Of a stretch of 64,000 bases of DNA, positions 63,901 through 64,000 are shown one piece after another. How positions within the stretch are numbered: the first letter of the stretch is position 1; every line of letters begins with the position of its first letter. The translations under genes were made by a program, and so were the position numbers. The stretch covers positions 37,492-101,491 of the forward strand of contig JBFWUW010000006.1 in assembly GCA_050247075.1 (NCBI GenBank), written 5' to 3'. The DNA comes from Pirellulales bacterium (GTDB lineage Bacteria; Planctomycetota; Planctomycetia; Pirellulales; JBFWUW01). Under the pieces are notes generated by a model. It did no database searches and was not told the origin of the DNA. It saw nothing but the letters and a program-made list of their open reading frames with translations.

Positions 63901-64000
63901 TCCTGCAATTTGGCGAACTGAATTGGTCTAGGGCTGGCTAATTTTGCCCCCATGATAACCGCGGAGTTTCCAGACGTCAGTAGGGTCAGGCGGCCGCCAT

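Noticed and set aside
1-64000. Mobile elements, prophage, defence islands, and tRNA, rRNA or other structured ncRNA genes.
   Set aside because: No integrase, transposase, recombinase, nuclease/ATPase defence signatures or phage structural genes are seen in any frame. The intergenic spacers of 200 nt or more (2135-2460, 13838-14105, 33049-33355, 39622-40053, 50982-51226, 52475-52963, 61496-61700) show no tRNA cloverleaf or rRNA-like sequence that I can recognise. Covariance-model scans (Infernal/Rfam, tRNAscan-SE) would be needed to exclude small RNAs.
63954-64000. An open frame starting at the ATG at 63954 and running off the right edge.
   Set aside because: Only about 15 codons are visible, with no recognisable motif, so no feature can be supported.

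Overview
This is a GC-rich, gene-dense chromosomal window. I call 41 CDS and see no rRNA, tRNA, CRISPR array, transposase, integrase or phage genes. All calls rest on reading the sequence and the supplied translations and on remembered family motifs; no searches were run, and start codons are predictions.

Gene content looks Planctomycetota (Pirellulales-type). It includes a giant PSCyt1/DUF1549/DUF1553 protein, an arylsulfatase, a DUF1080 protein, three membrane-anchored Hanks Ser/Thr kinases, and an ECF sigma factor divergent from one of those kinases.

Housekeeping blocks are hisD-hisC-hisB, ppx, nagA, cls, rluA-family/rluB/pyrK, eda plus a HAD hydrolase, and a nitrate-assimilation operon (FeS-membrane subunit, nasA-like, fused nirBD, narK).

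The most interesting region is about 35.1-52.5 kb. A six-gene plus-strand operon encodes a stand-alone HHxxxD condensation-type acyltransferase, a benzoate-CoA-ligase-family enzyme, a SAM methyltransferase, two tandem GT21/ceramide-glucosyltransferase-like paralogs and an FkbM methyltransferase. It converges on a three-gene minus-strand operon encoding a thioester-reductase-type SDR with an Asn/Gly linker and an SCP2-like tail, a DUF268 methyltransferase and an FkbM-like protein. It also diverges from an export/periplasmic-glycosylation operon (MsbA-like ABC exporter with a large loop insertion, a GT-C membrane transferase, and an ArnC-like GT2). I found no carrier protein, PKS/NRPS or sugar-nucleotide genes there. 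I know no characterised pathway with this composition and propose an uncharacterised envelope glycoconjugate or glycolipid tailoring system.

Second, a REP-like palindromic element (TGTAGGAGGCGATTCCATCGCCGA) occurs at 5 intergenic loci in 9 copies, with a compensatory stem variant.

Other points are a sigma/kinase/heptaheme-TPR module, an unusual DmsBC-like partner for the assimilatory nitrate reductase, and several structured intergenic spacers.
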